Shown: positions 24,878 to 32,471 of the stretch, in pieces | How positions within the stretch are numbered: position 1 is the stretch's first letter | Layout: each line of letters opens with the position of its first letter | IMG/VR virus record: IMGVR_UViG_3300003322_000515 | Location: 1-61,028 of that record | Origin: a virus | Length of the DNA stretch: 61,028 bases | Strand: one strand, 5' to 3' | Position numbers and translations under genes: made by a program | The notes under the pieces: generated by a model | Told to the model about the DNA's origin: nothing | Databases searched by the model: none | The model's input: only the letters and a program-made list of their open reading frames with translations

Positions 24878-27196
24878 ATGGCAAAACTAAACCTCAAAAA
24901 TTCAACCATCCCAACGCCCAAAGACCTAGCGCACGAGTACGCATCCAAGGGCTGGCCAGTATTCCCCTGCCGACCTCGATACGAAACAGTCATAAACAGC
25001 CAAGGTAAACCTGAGCCCAAAAAGCCCAAAAGCCCGCTTACGAGATTTGGATTTAGGGAGGCGACAAAAACCACCAAGCAAATTGACTATTGGTGGTCAC
25101 AGAATCCTGATGCACTCGTGGGCGTGCCAACTGGCGCGCCTTCTGGCATTTGGGTGCTCGATATCGACGTGCCCAGCGAAGAGCACACAGAAGACGGTCG
25201 CGGCTGGCTTGCCGAGATGGAGGAACTGCACGGTCAGTTGCCGGCCACCCGTATGGTCACCACGGCAAGTGGCGGGACACATTACTATTGGCGGCATGTT
25301 GACGGCGTGCGCAATAAGGCGGCGCTCGCTCCTGGCGTTGATACGCGCGGCGACGGAGGCTTTGTCTGTGTTCCAGGCAGCGTTCTGGAAGATGGCACTT
25401 TCTATGAATGGGCCAACGACGAACCAATAGCCGATGCGCCAGAATGGTTGCTGGATATGGTCATCGCGCCACCATCACCAGCCGTGTCGACGCAGCCAAT
25501 GACCTATAAGTCTGGCACAAACGATCGATATGTGGATGCTGCAGTTGATTCTGAGTTGTCAGACCTTGCTGGTACGACGCAAGGCAGCCGCGGATTCCGG
25601 CTTAATCGCAGCGCGTTCTCCCTTGGCCAGATTGTCGCAAGCGGTGCCCTGTCAAGGTCTGATGCGGAGGCCGGCCTATACAATGCCGCACTGGCCAATG
25701 GTCTTGTTGCAGTCGATGGCGAACGGGAAGTGCTTGCCAAGATTCGCCGCGGTCTTGACGCGGGTATGAAGCAACCGCGCGAGATTCCGGAACCGGATAT
25801 TCAGCAGGATAATACGCGCCTCATGGATATCACCCGCATGATTAGAAACGGTCTGGCCAAGGCCAAGCGAAACAAAGAAACAACCATCGAGTTGCCTGGC
25901 GTCGACCCGGAACGCGAAGAGTTGATCGCTGATTATATCGTCAATCATCCCGAAGAATATCCTCTTGAAGAAGACACGCCGCTAGAAGAGGCCGCTGATG
26001 AGTTGCCGACCGAGCAAGAGCCAGCAAACGACAACTCGCCAAACGGGCCGATCACTGCGACAGCATTTAAGTGGATCGATCCCAAAACATTACCTAGGCG
26101 CGAGTTTGCTTTCGGCACGCATTACATCCGCAAGTACGTGTCCGTGACCGTCTCGCCTGGAGGTCTTGGCAAGACGTCAAACAGCATTGTCGAGGCGCTT
26201 GCGATGGCATCTGGAAAGGATCTGACTGGGACGAAACCGCCGCAGAGAATGAAAGTTTGGCTTTTCAATGCTGAGGACCCGCGCGATGAGCTTGAGCGAC
26301 GAATCATGGCTGCATGCATCCATTTTAAGCTGAAGCCAGAAGACATCGAGGGCTATCTTTTCCTTGATACCGGTCGTGAGCAAGAGCTTGTGGTCGCACT
26401 AGAGGACAAAAAGGCTGGCGTACGCATTCAGCAACCGGTCGTCGAGGCTGTGGTAGAGCAGATGAAGACAAACGGGATCGACGTGATGGTTGTCGATCCT
26501 TTCGTGTCAACTCACGGCGTCAATGAGAATGATAATGGTGCGATCGACAAGGTTGCCAAGCTTTGGTCGCAAATCGCCGACCTGACAAACTCCTCTATCG
26601 ATATTGTGCACCACCTTCGCAAGGTGGCTGACCGTGAGGCTACGGTAGAGGACGCTCGAGGCGCCGTGTCCCTGATCGGTGCGGCACGATCAGTACGTGT
26701 TCTCAATCGCATGTCGGAAGAGCAGGCCACGACAGCTGGCATAGAGCCAGCGGCAAGGTTCGGCTATTTTTCCATCACGTACGGCAAGTCAAACCTCACT
26801 GCCATGTCGCACAAGCTTGATTGGCGGCGGCTGGAGAGCGTGCCGCTTGGGAATGGGCGAGGGCTAACGAAGCCGCAGGACCACGCTCCAGTAGTCACTG
26901 AATGGCGATGGCCTAGCGCTGAGGAAGCCGTCGGCGACGTATCGGCCGAACAGTTGGCGCAGATCATAACTCGCGTGCGCAACACAGATTGCAAGCTTCA
27001 TCATCAAGCGGAGAACTGGATAGGGCGCGAGGTTGCGTATGTACTCGGACTGGACATCGCGATTAAGGCAGATTCTGCTCGTATAAAACGCCTCGTGAAG
27101 GCGTGGATTGATGACGGAACATTCGTCGTTGTGAACCGCAGGTGCCCCATAAAACGGGAAAACAAGGACTTCGTAGAAGTTGCAAATTCTGATTAG
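24878..27196 (+). CDS. Bifunctional primase-polymerase (prim-pol) / AAA (RepA-like) replication protein
   Basis: N-terminus KGWPVFPCRP...GIWVLDIDV (prim-pol); C-terminal P-loop SPGGLGKTS. 772 aa. ANDN at 26024-26035 in the interdomain linker. Confidence 0.85.
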   Translation: MAKLNLKNSTIPTPKDLAHEYASKGWPVFPCRPRYETVINSQGKPEPKKPKSPLTRFGFREATKTTKQIDYWWSQNPDALVGVPTGAPSGIWVLDIDVPSEEHTEDGRGWLAEMEELHGQLPATRMVTTASGGTHYYWRHVDGVRNKAALAPGVDTRGDGGFVCVPGSVLEDGTFYEWANDEPIADAPEWLLDMVIAPPSPAVSTQPMTYKSGTNDRYVDAAVDSELSDLAGTTQGSRGFRLNRSAFSLGQIVASGALSRSDAEAGLYNAALANGLVAVDGEREVLAKIRRGLDAGMKQPREIPEPDIQQDNTRLMDITRMIRNGLAKAKRNKETTIELPGVDPEREELIADYIVNHPEEYPLEEDTPLEEAADELPTEQEPANDNSPNGPITATAFKWIDPKTLPRREFAFGTHYIRKYVSVTVSPGGLGKTSNSIVEALAMASGKDLTGTKPPQRMKVWLFNAEDPRDELERRIMAACIHFKLKPEDIEGYLFLDTGREQELVVALEDKKAGVRIQQPVVEAVVEQMKTNGIDVMVVDPFVSTHGVNENDNGAIDKVAKLWSQIADLTNSSIDIVHHLRKVADREATVEDARGAVSLIGAARSVRVLNRMSEEQATTAGIEPAARFGYFSITYGKSNLTAMSHKLDWRRLESVPLGNGRGLTKPQDHAPVVTEWRWPSAEEAVGDVSAEQLAQIITRVRNTDCKLHHQAENWIGREVAYVLGLDIAIKADSARIKRLVKAWIDDGTFVVVNRRCPIKRENKDFVEVANSD

Positions 27197-27217
27197 AAAT
27201 CTGCAATCATAGATAAC

Positions 27218-27358
27218 GCCCCACCACTAGTGCCCCAGTGACTTTTTCATACCCATGCACCGGGGCACACTACTGCCCCGCCCCACCCTTTATAGAGGGG
27301 GTGCGGGGGTAGGTGTGCGGCGCCCCAGTAGGACAAATTTAGTGGGGCGGGGCGGGGC
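27218..27358. repeat. GCCCC-iteron / inverted-repeat cluster (candidate replication origin or regulator binding array)
   Basis: GTGCCCCAG at 27230, its complement at 27260, GCGCCCCAG at 27320. 12-bp perfect inverted repeat GCCCCGCCCCAC (27275-27286) / GTGGGGCGGGGC (27342-27353). An AT-rich tract follows. Confidence 0.5.
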
Positions 27359-27429
27359 ATAAAAATCGAAAATAGAAACGCTTCCGAAACAATCAAAAAA
27401 CCACCACACCACCACCGCAGGAGACACCA

Positions 27430-27918
27430 ATGGCTCGCACCAAGACCACCACCCAAACAACTCGCGTCAACGGCGTACGTGTTCGCCTCGTCACGACGAC
27501 TTCCGCCAGCGGCACGAAGGTCACCGTCAAAGCGGCCCCAACCGAAGAATGGCTGCTACAGGCTGCCGCGGTACGCGCGTTGCGCGCCATGCCGGAATAC
27601 GGCAAGCTGTTCACGTTGGCGGGAGACTTCAACGCGGCTCGTCGTTCTATGCTCGAGCAGGTCAAGGCCAAGGCTACAGGGCTTACGCCTGGGGAGCACG
27701 ATAAGCGCGTGTACATGATTGGCGGTCGGCTAGGTTTGATCGAATACAAGAATGCGGATGGCCGTTTGTCAAAAGAGCAAATCAGCCGGCACGCTGAGCT
27801 TCATGCATTGGGATTCACACTGCAGGCTGTAATCAAGGCCACCACCGAGGAAGAGGCGGCTAGGAAGGCGGTTGCCGTCGTTAAAGGTTGGCTTGGCGAA
27901 CTGGCTATTGCTGCGTGA
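27430..27918 (+). CDS. VRR-NUC domain nuclease
   Basis: GEHDKRVYMIGGRLGLIEYKNADGRLSKEQ...LHALGF (PD-ExK of VRR-NUC type); conserved leader. Ends IAA. Confidence 0.7.
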   Translation: MARTKTTTQTTRVNGVRVRLVTTTSASGTKVTVKAAPTEEWLLQAAAVRALRAMPEYGKLFTLAGDFNAARRSMLEQVKAKATGLTPGEHDKRVYMIGGRLGLIEYKNADGRLSKEQISRHAELHALGFTLQAVIKATTEEEAARKAVAVVKGWLGELAIAA

Positions 27919-27923
27919 CCATC

Positions 27924-27952
27924 TTGACAAAATAGCATTTTTGTCATATGGT
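27924..27952 (+). promoter_or_regulatory. Promoter P3 with embedded operator
   Basis: TTGACA-17 nt-TATGGT with inverted repeat TGACAAAA/TTTTGTCA. The flanks are nearly identical to P4. Confidence 0.7.
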
Positions 27953-28026
27953 AACAATCCAAAATCACCTACCTCCGCTCACCCACCACAACCACCAACA
28001 TCATCACCACCACACGAGGGGACAGC

Positions 28027-28788
28027 ATGGCCAAAGCTACCACCACAAGAATAACCAAAGCCCTCATCGGTGAGGGTGATGACCTACCGGCTCGCATGAA
28101 TTACGCCGAACACGAGCGCGAAGGCGTTCACGCTCAAAAGAGTCGCCTTGCGATAATGGCCAAGAAAGGCGCCAATTGGGACGGAGAGGCAGCAAACGAC
28201 AATATCGCGTGGCCGCTGGCCACCTCCCTTATTCGTGAGGGAAATACAGAACTGCTGAAGGCCGCCATGCTTTACCGCAAGACGCACGACATGGCTCATA
28301 GCGGAGCTCTTCTTGGTGGTAGAACGGCCAGCATTGGCGACGGAATGGCGTTGGATAGATATTCGTATGTGAGGCCGAACGGAACCGTTACATATGCTCG
28401 TCCGCGACAGAAGAAATCTGCAGACGTTGATATTCCAGCAAAGCAGTACACCGCGCCACCTTCTTACGACAATATTGTCGTTACCTCGGAAGAGGTGAAG
28501 GTTAGTAATTGGTCAAATATCCCCAAGCCATACAAGGGCGATGAGCCAGTAAATAACAAGATCGATGCGCAAGCGCGTCTTTCCATTCTTCGCCAGCGAT
28601 TGGGTGTCCTAGCTGAACCTCTAGAGATGGCTGTTGTTGACGGAGCGACATACCAAGCGGTCGGCAACGCGTCAGGTGTTGCCGATCGAAGCGGCTCTAT
28701 AGCGGCAGGTCGAGCAATCGTGCATATGGCGCTTATCGCCCTACGTGACGCAATGGGCGAAATACGGCGAGAAGACTTAGCCGCATAA
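28027..28788 (+). CDS. Hypothetical protein (253 aa); the only gene between P3 and the late-leader terminators, so a candidate late regulator
   Basis: Conserved leader; ANDN at 28192-28203. Ends DLAA. Function is inferred only from position. Confidence 0.65.
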   Translation: MAKATTTRITKALIGEGDDLPARMNYAEHEREGVHAQKSRLAIMAKKGANWDGEAANDNIAWPLATSLIREGNTELLKAAMLYRKTHDMAHSGALLGGRTASIGDGMALDRYSYVRPNGTVTYARPRQKKSADVDIPAKQYTAPPSYDNIVVTSEEVKVSNWSNIPKPYKGDEPVNNKIDAQARLSILRQRLGVLAEPLEMAVVDGATYQAVGNASGVADRSGSIAAGRAIVHMALIALRDAMGEIRREDLAA

Positions 28789-28804
28789 CAGTACGGACTC
28801 AATC

Positions 28805-29170
28805 GCGCGGAACTTTCTAATGAGGGGAAGATACCCCAAAGAATTTCAAAGTTCCGTGCGCACAGGCTGAGGCCAGCGACGGACGCTCGGCGAGAGATCA
28901 GCCGGGCGTTACTACAGCCTGCCGAGACGCGCCATATTGTGGACCTCGGCGGCACACATGAGCATCCTGATTCTCTGTTGCTGGCTTCGCACCGGGTTTA
29001 GTACCGTGGCGCTGTTGGTAGCATGCTCAGCGTCCTGAAGCAACAGGAGGGCGCCACTGACGAGTGGTGGCTGGATGCACCTATAGCAGCTCGCTACGGC
29101 CTACCGTGCGCGGAAGCCAATACAGGGCTGCACTACTATTACCTGGCGCGCCTCCTCCGCGAAAGGTAAT
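28805..29170 (+). ncRNA. Structured non-coding leader upstream of the late genes
   Basis: No credible ORF. Stems: 28805-28862 (GCGCGGAACTTT...AAAGTTCCGTGCGC), CAGGCTG/CAGCCTG (28862-28921), GCCGAG/CTCGGC, CTGTTG/CAACAG. Segment 29146-29160 can pair with the terminator 5' arm. Confidence 0.45.
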
Positions 29171-29173
29171 CGT

Positions 29174-29230
29174 GCGGCGAGTTGAGGTCCGGAAGATAAA
29201 CCGGGTGCCTCCTCGCCGCTTTTGGTTTTG
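29174..29230 (+). terminator. Strong rho-independent terminator T1
   Basis: GCGGCGAGTTGAGGTCCGG...CCGGGTGCCTCCTCGCCGC followed by TTTTGGTTTTG. Confidence 0.75.
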
Positions 29231-29250
29231 CCGCCATGGCGTAACGGTAG

Positions 29251-29288
29251 CGTCCAGCTTTTGCGATGGACGTCTTCTGGTTTTTGTT
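29251..29288 (+). terminator. Second tandem terminator T2
   Basis: CGTCCA-N10-TGGACG followed by TCTTCTGGTTTTTGTT. Confidence 0.55.
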
Positions 29289-29299
29289 AGGAATCAAAT

Positions 29300-29899
29300 T
29301 TGGAACTGCAAAAAACCAGAACCACTTCAGGTAAATTCACTCCAGAGTGGAGCAGATCAGTATCGGAAGCCGCAATAGAGAAGTATAAGTCTTCTCCAAA
29401 ACTTTGCCTTAGGTGCAAAGAGCCGCTTTCATATGAAAAGAGAAAGAACAAGTACTGCAGCCATTCATGCGCGGCCTCTACATCTAACTCAGAGCGACCC
29501 AAAAAGGAAGATAGGCGCTTTACGTGTATAGTATGTGGTGCTGATGGTGTAGATTATAAATTTGGCGATACTAGGAAATTCTGCTCTTACGAGTGCAACA
29601 ATAAATACAAAGCTGATAAGACTTATTTTGAATGGATGAGCGGCATTTCTGCTCCCGTTACAACATTGGCACTTCGCTCGCTTCTGGTTCGCAGGGACGG
29701 GTATGCATGCGCTGAATGCGGAGTGTCTGACTGGAACGGCAAGCAACTCACTCTTGAAGTAGAGCACAAAGACGGCAACTGGCGAGATAATGGGCCAGGC
29801 AACATCTGTCTACTTTGCCCAAACTGCCATAGTCAAACACCGACATTTAGAGCCAAGAACGCTGGCAACGGAAGACCGCGTGGACGTATACTGAACTGA
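29300..29899 (+). CDS. HNH endonuclease (199 aa) in an AT-rich segment
   Basis: CAECG...EVEHKDGNWRDN...CPNCH HNH/zinc motifs plus N-terminal CxxC pairs. Confidence 0.8.
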   Translation: MELQKTRTTSGKFTPEWSRSVSEAAIEKYKSSPKLCLRCKEPLSYEKRKNKYCSHSCAASTSNSERPKKEDRRFTCIVCGADGVDYKFGDTRKFCSYECNNKYKADKTYFEWMSGISAPVTTLALRSLLVRRDGYACAECGVSDWNGKQLTLEVEHKDGNWRDNGPGNICLLCPNCHSQTPTFRAKNAGNGRPRGRILN

Positions 29900-29909
29900 A
29901 CGGTGACGC

Positions 29910-30221
29910 ATGGCCGACTACCGCAGTGCTGAGGCCAAGCTATACCACCGGCTCTATAAGACGGCGAGGTGGCGACGCCTTCGCGAGCATCAACTCAGCA
30001 TCCAGCCATTGTGCGAGTTCTGCCTTATCACTGAGGATGTCACGGCGGCCACGGTCGTCGACCATCGGCGCGCCCACAGAGGCGACCTTGAGCTATTCCA
30101 CGATCCATCCAATCTGCAATCATTATGCAAGCACCACCACGATAGTGCCAAGCAGATGATCGATAATGGCAAAAAGGTCGTGACCTACGGCGTCGATGGA
30201 TACCCTATTGAGTTGATGTGA
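29910..30221 (+). CDS. Phage HNH endonuclease (terminase-associated type)
   Basis: CEFC...VDHRRAH...LCKHHH motifs; immediately upstream of the terminase genes, as in HK97-like cos phages. Confidence 0.85.
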   Translation: MADYRSAEAKLYHRLYKTARWRRLREHQLSIQPLCEFCLITEDVTAATVVDHRRAHRGDLELFHDPSNLQSLCKHHHDSAKQMIDNGKKVVTYGVDGYPIELM

Positions 30222-30268
30222 TACGCGAAAATAAATCGATAAATCGGTGTTTTTATTGCATTTTGTTC

Positions 30269-30297
30269 TTGACGACTTGCGAAATGCGTGGTATAGT
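30269..30297 (+). promoter_or_regulatory. Sigma70-like promoter upstream of terminase; the surrounding 30222-30404 is a candidate cos/packaging region
   Basis: TTGACG-17 nt-TATAGT. Tandem AAATCG repeats at about 30232-30247 and G-rich tracts at 30318-30380. Confidence 0.45.
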
Positions 30298-30410
30298 AGA
30301 AGGTTTGCACCATCGGTAGGGGGTGGTCAGATCTTGCCGACCGCAGCCTTGGGTATCGGCGTCGGGGTCGAGCTTTAGTGCTAATACAGATTTTTCTATG
30401 AGGTTTGGCC

Positions 30411-30875
30411 ATGGTAAAGCGAAAGGCGCGCATTGACAGCGCCGCAGAAGCTGTGCGCATCATGGCCAAGGCAACCACTGATATCACGCCGCCGGCAAAT
30501 GTGCCGCTTGATGACGAAGACCTTCCGTTCTTCCGGAATGTGATAGCAGAATACGCGCGGTCTGAATGGTCTTCGCATCAACTCGAGCTTGCGGCTATGC
30601 TGGCTCGCACCATGGCAGACTTGACGCGAGAGCAAAAGCTTCTGCGCGATGAGGGTGGCGTTGCTTACTCTGAAAAAGGGACTCCGGTAGCCAATCCGCG
30701 GAAAAGCATAGTGCAAATGCATGCGTCATCCATCCTGTCGTTTCGAAGATCATTGTCGCTCCACGCGCGCGCGCAAGCGGGCGAGGCTAGAGACGTTGCA
30801 AAGCGGCGCGGCGCAGCCAAGGAAATTGAGGGAGACAATCCCCTAGAGGACGACCTGCTGGCGCGACCTGACTAG
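30411..30875 (+). CDS. Terminase small subunit (P27-family-like)
   Basis: Position and pattern (PLDDEDLPFF...ANPRKSI...). The ATG at 30411 follows GAGG; the track start is 30405 (TTG). Confidence 0.8.
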   Translation: MVKRKARIDSAAEAVRIMAKATTDITPPANVPLDDEDLPFFRNVIAEYARSEWSSHQLELAAMLARTMADLTREQKLLRDEGGVAYSEKGTPVANPRKSIVQMHASSILSFRRSLSLHARAQAGEARDVAKRRGAAKEIEGDNPLEDDLLARPD

Positions 30876-30887
30876 CATCGAGAGATC

Positions 30888-32471
30888 ATGGCCAAGAAGC
30901 CTAAGCCGCTTAGCCGCGGCGAGCGCGTCATTGCGTTTATCGAACGCTATTGTCTAGTCCCAGAGGGGACACTTCTCGGCAAGCCGGTGAAGTTGTTGCC
31001 GTTTCAGCGTAAATTCATTCTGGCCGTTTACGACAACCCTGCCGGCACATCTCGCGCCTACCTGTCGATAGCTCGTAAGAACGGCAAGACCGGTCTCATT
31101 GCTTGCCTTCTGCTTGCCCACATCGTTGGGCCAGAGGCTTACAAGAATGGCCGCATAGTTTCCGGCGCCCGCTCGCGTAAGCAGGCCGCCGAAGTCTTCA
31201 ATTACGCCTCAAAAATGATCATGATGTCGACGGAGCTTTCTAAGCTTGCGCGCATCGTGCCGTCCAGCAAAATGATTGTTGGCCTGGCGAAAAACGTGGA
31301 ATATCAGGCTAGTTCGGCTGAAGCAAAGAGCGCGCACGGAGGCTCGCCAATCCTCGCCATCCTAGACGAGGTTGGCCAGATCAAGGGTCCGACAGACGAT
31401 TTCGTTGAGGCTATCGAGACATCGCAGGGTGCCTACGAAGGCAAGGCGATGCTCTTCGCGATCTCGACGCAGGCCGCGACTGATAACGATCTTTTCAGCA
31501 GGTGGATTGATGACGCAGAGACGTCGAAGGATCCGCGCATTGTTAGCCATGTCTATACGGCTCCAAAAGAATGCGAGCTTAACGATAGGTCTGGCTGGGC
31601 TGCTGCCAATCCTGCGCTGGGCGTCTTCCGTTCGATAAAGGATGTTGAAGACTTTTCTAAACTGGCAAGTCGCATGCCAAGCAAGGAGGCCAGCTTTCGC
31701 TGGCTGTTCCTGAATCAGCGCATCGACGCAAGCGCGCCATTCGTGGCGCCAGCCATCTGGCGCGCTTGTGATGGCGCCGTGGACGATTTCGCTGGCCTGC
31801 CAGTCTTCGGTGGGCTCGATCTTTCGGAAGTGTCCGACTTGACCTCCTTGGTGCTTATGGCACCGAAGGCTACGGATGCTGGCACAGTCTGGCACGTGAA
31901 GCCAACATTCTGGCTGCCAGGCGATAGCCTGCGCGACAAGGCCAAGGCAGACCGCGTACCGTACGATATCTGGCACGCCGACGGCAAACTAGAAACGACG
32001 CCAGGGCCGACGGTAGATTACGAATTCGTTGCGCACCATCTACGCGGCTTGTTCGATGAGCTTGACATCCGCAAGATTGCTTTTGACCGATGGAACTGGC
32101 GGCATTTGAAGCCGTGGTTGCAGGCGGTGGGATTCACCGAGGAGCAACTTGACGGCGATAACGCGGTCTTTGAGCAATTCGGCCAGGGATATGCGTCTAT
32201 GTCGCCGGCTCTGCGCGACCTAGAAAGCATCCTGCTAAACAAACGGCTAGCTCACGGCGGCCATCCTGTCCTGACGATGTGCATGATGAATGCCACGGTG
32301 CGACCAGATCCATCTGGAAACCGCAAACTGGACAAGCTGAAGTCGCGGGGCCGCATCGATGGTGCGGTCGCTTTGACGATGGCCACCGCGATGGCTGGCA
32401 CCTATGAGGGTGCGGCTGACACGACATCACCCTGGGACGACCCTGAATTTTCACTTAATAAGGCGGCATAA
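30888..32471 (+). CDS. Terminase large subunit
   Basis: 527 aa; ATPase motif IARKNGKTGL; AILDEVG Walker B; nuclease half. Ends KAA. Confidence 0.9.
   Translation: MAKKPKPLSRGERVIAFIERYCLVPEGTLLGKPVKLLPFQRKFILAVYDNPAGTSRAYLSIARKNGKTGLIACLLLAHIVGPEAYKNGRIVSGARSRKQAAEVFNYASKMIMMSTELSKLARIVPSSKMIVGLAKNVEYQASSAEAKSAHGGSPILAILDEVGQIKGPTDDFVEAIETSQGAYEGKAMLFAISTQAATDNDLFSRWIDDAETSKDPRIVSHVYTAPKECELNDRSGWAAANPALGVFRSIKDVEDFSKLASRMPSKEASFRWLFLNQRIDASAPFVAPAIWRACDGAVDDFAGLPVFGGLDLSEVSDLTSLVLMAPKATDAGTVWHVKPTFWLPGDSLRDKAKADRVPYDIWHADGKLETTPGPTVDYEFVAHHLRGLFDELDIRKIAFDRWNWRHLKPWLQAVGFTEEQLDGDNAVFEQFGQGYASMSPALRDLESILLNKRLAHGGHPVLTMCMMNATVRPDPSGNRKLDKLKSRGRIDGAVALTMATAMAGTYEGAADTTSPWDDPEFSLNKAA

Noticed and set aside
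24240-24878. Plus-strand 212-aa ORF filling the gap before the primase gene.
   Set aside because: - It has a low-complexity Arg/Ala-rich N-terminal half and no leader or RBS.
- The minus-strand pair has an ATGA overlap and a canonical copy of the conserved leader.
- Its FRRKAA end was therefore not counted in the Ala-Ala tally.
29231-29300. tRNA-like sequence (GCCGCCATGGCGTAACGGTAGCG...).
   Set aside because: - No consistent cloverleaf could be drawn: there is no D-stem complementarity, the hairpin loop is 10 nt, and there is no T-arm.
- It is better explained as terminator T2.
28464-29378. Track ORFs 28464-28955 (minus) and 29064-29378 (plus) in the late leader region.
   Set aside because: - The first mostly overlaps the well-supported gene 28027-28788 in antisense.
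- The second runs through two terminator hairpins and is Arg/Pro-rich.
- Neither has an RBS.
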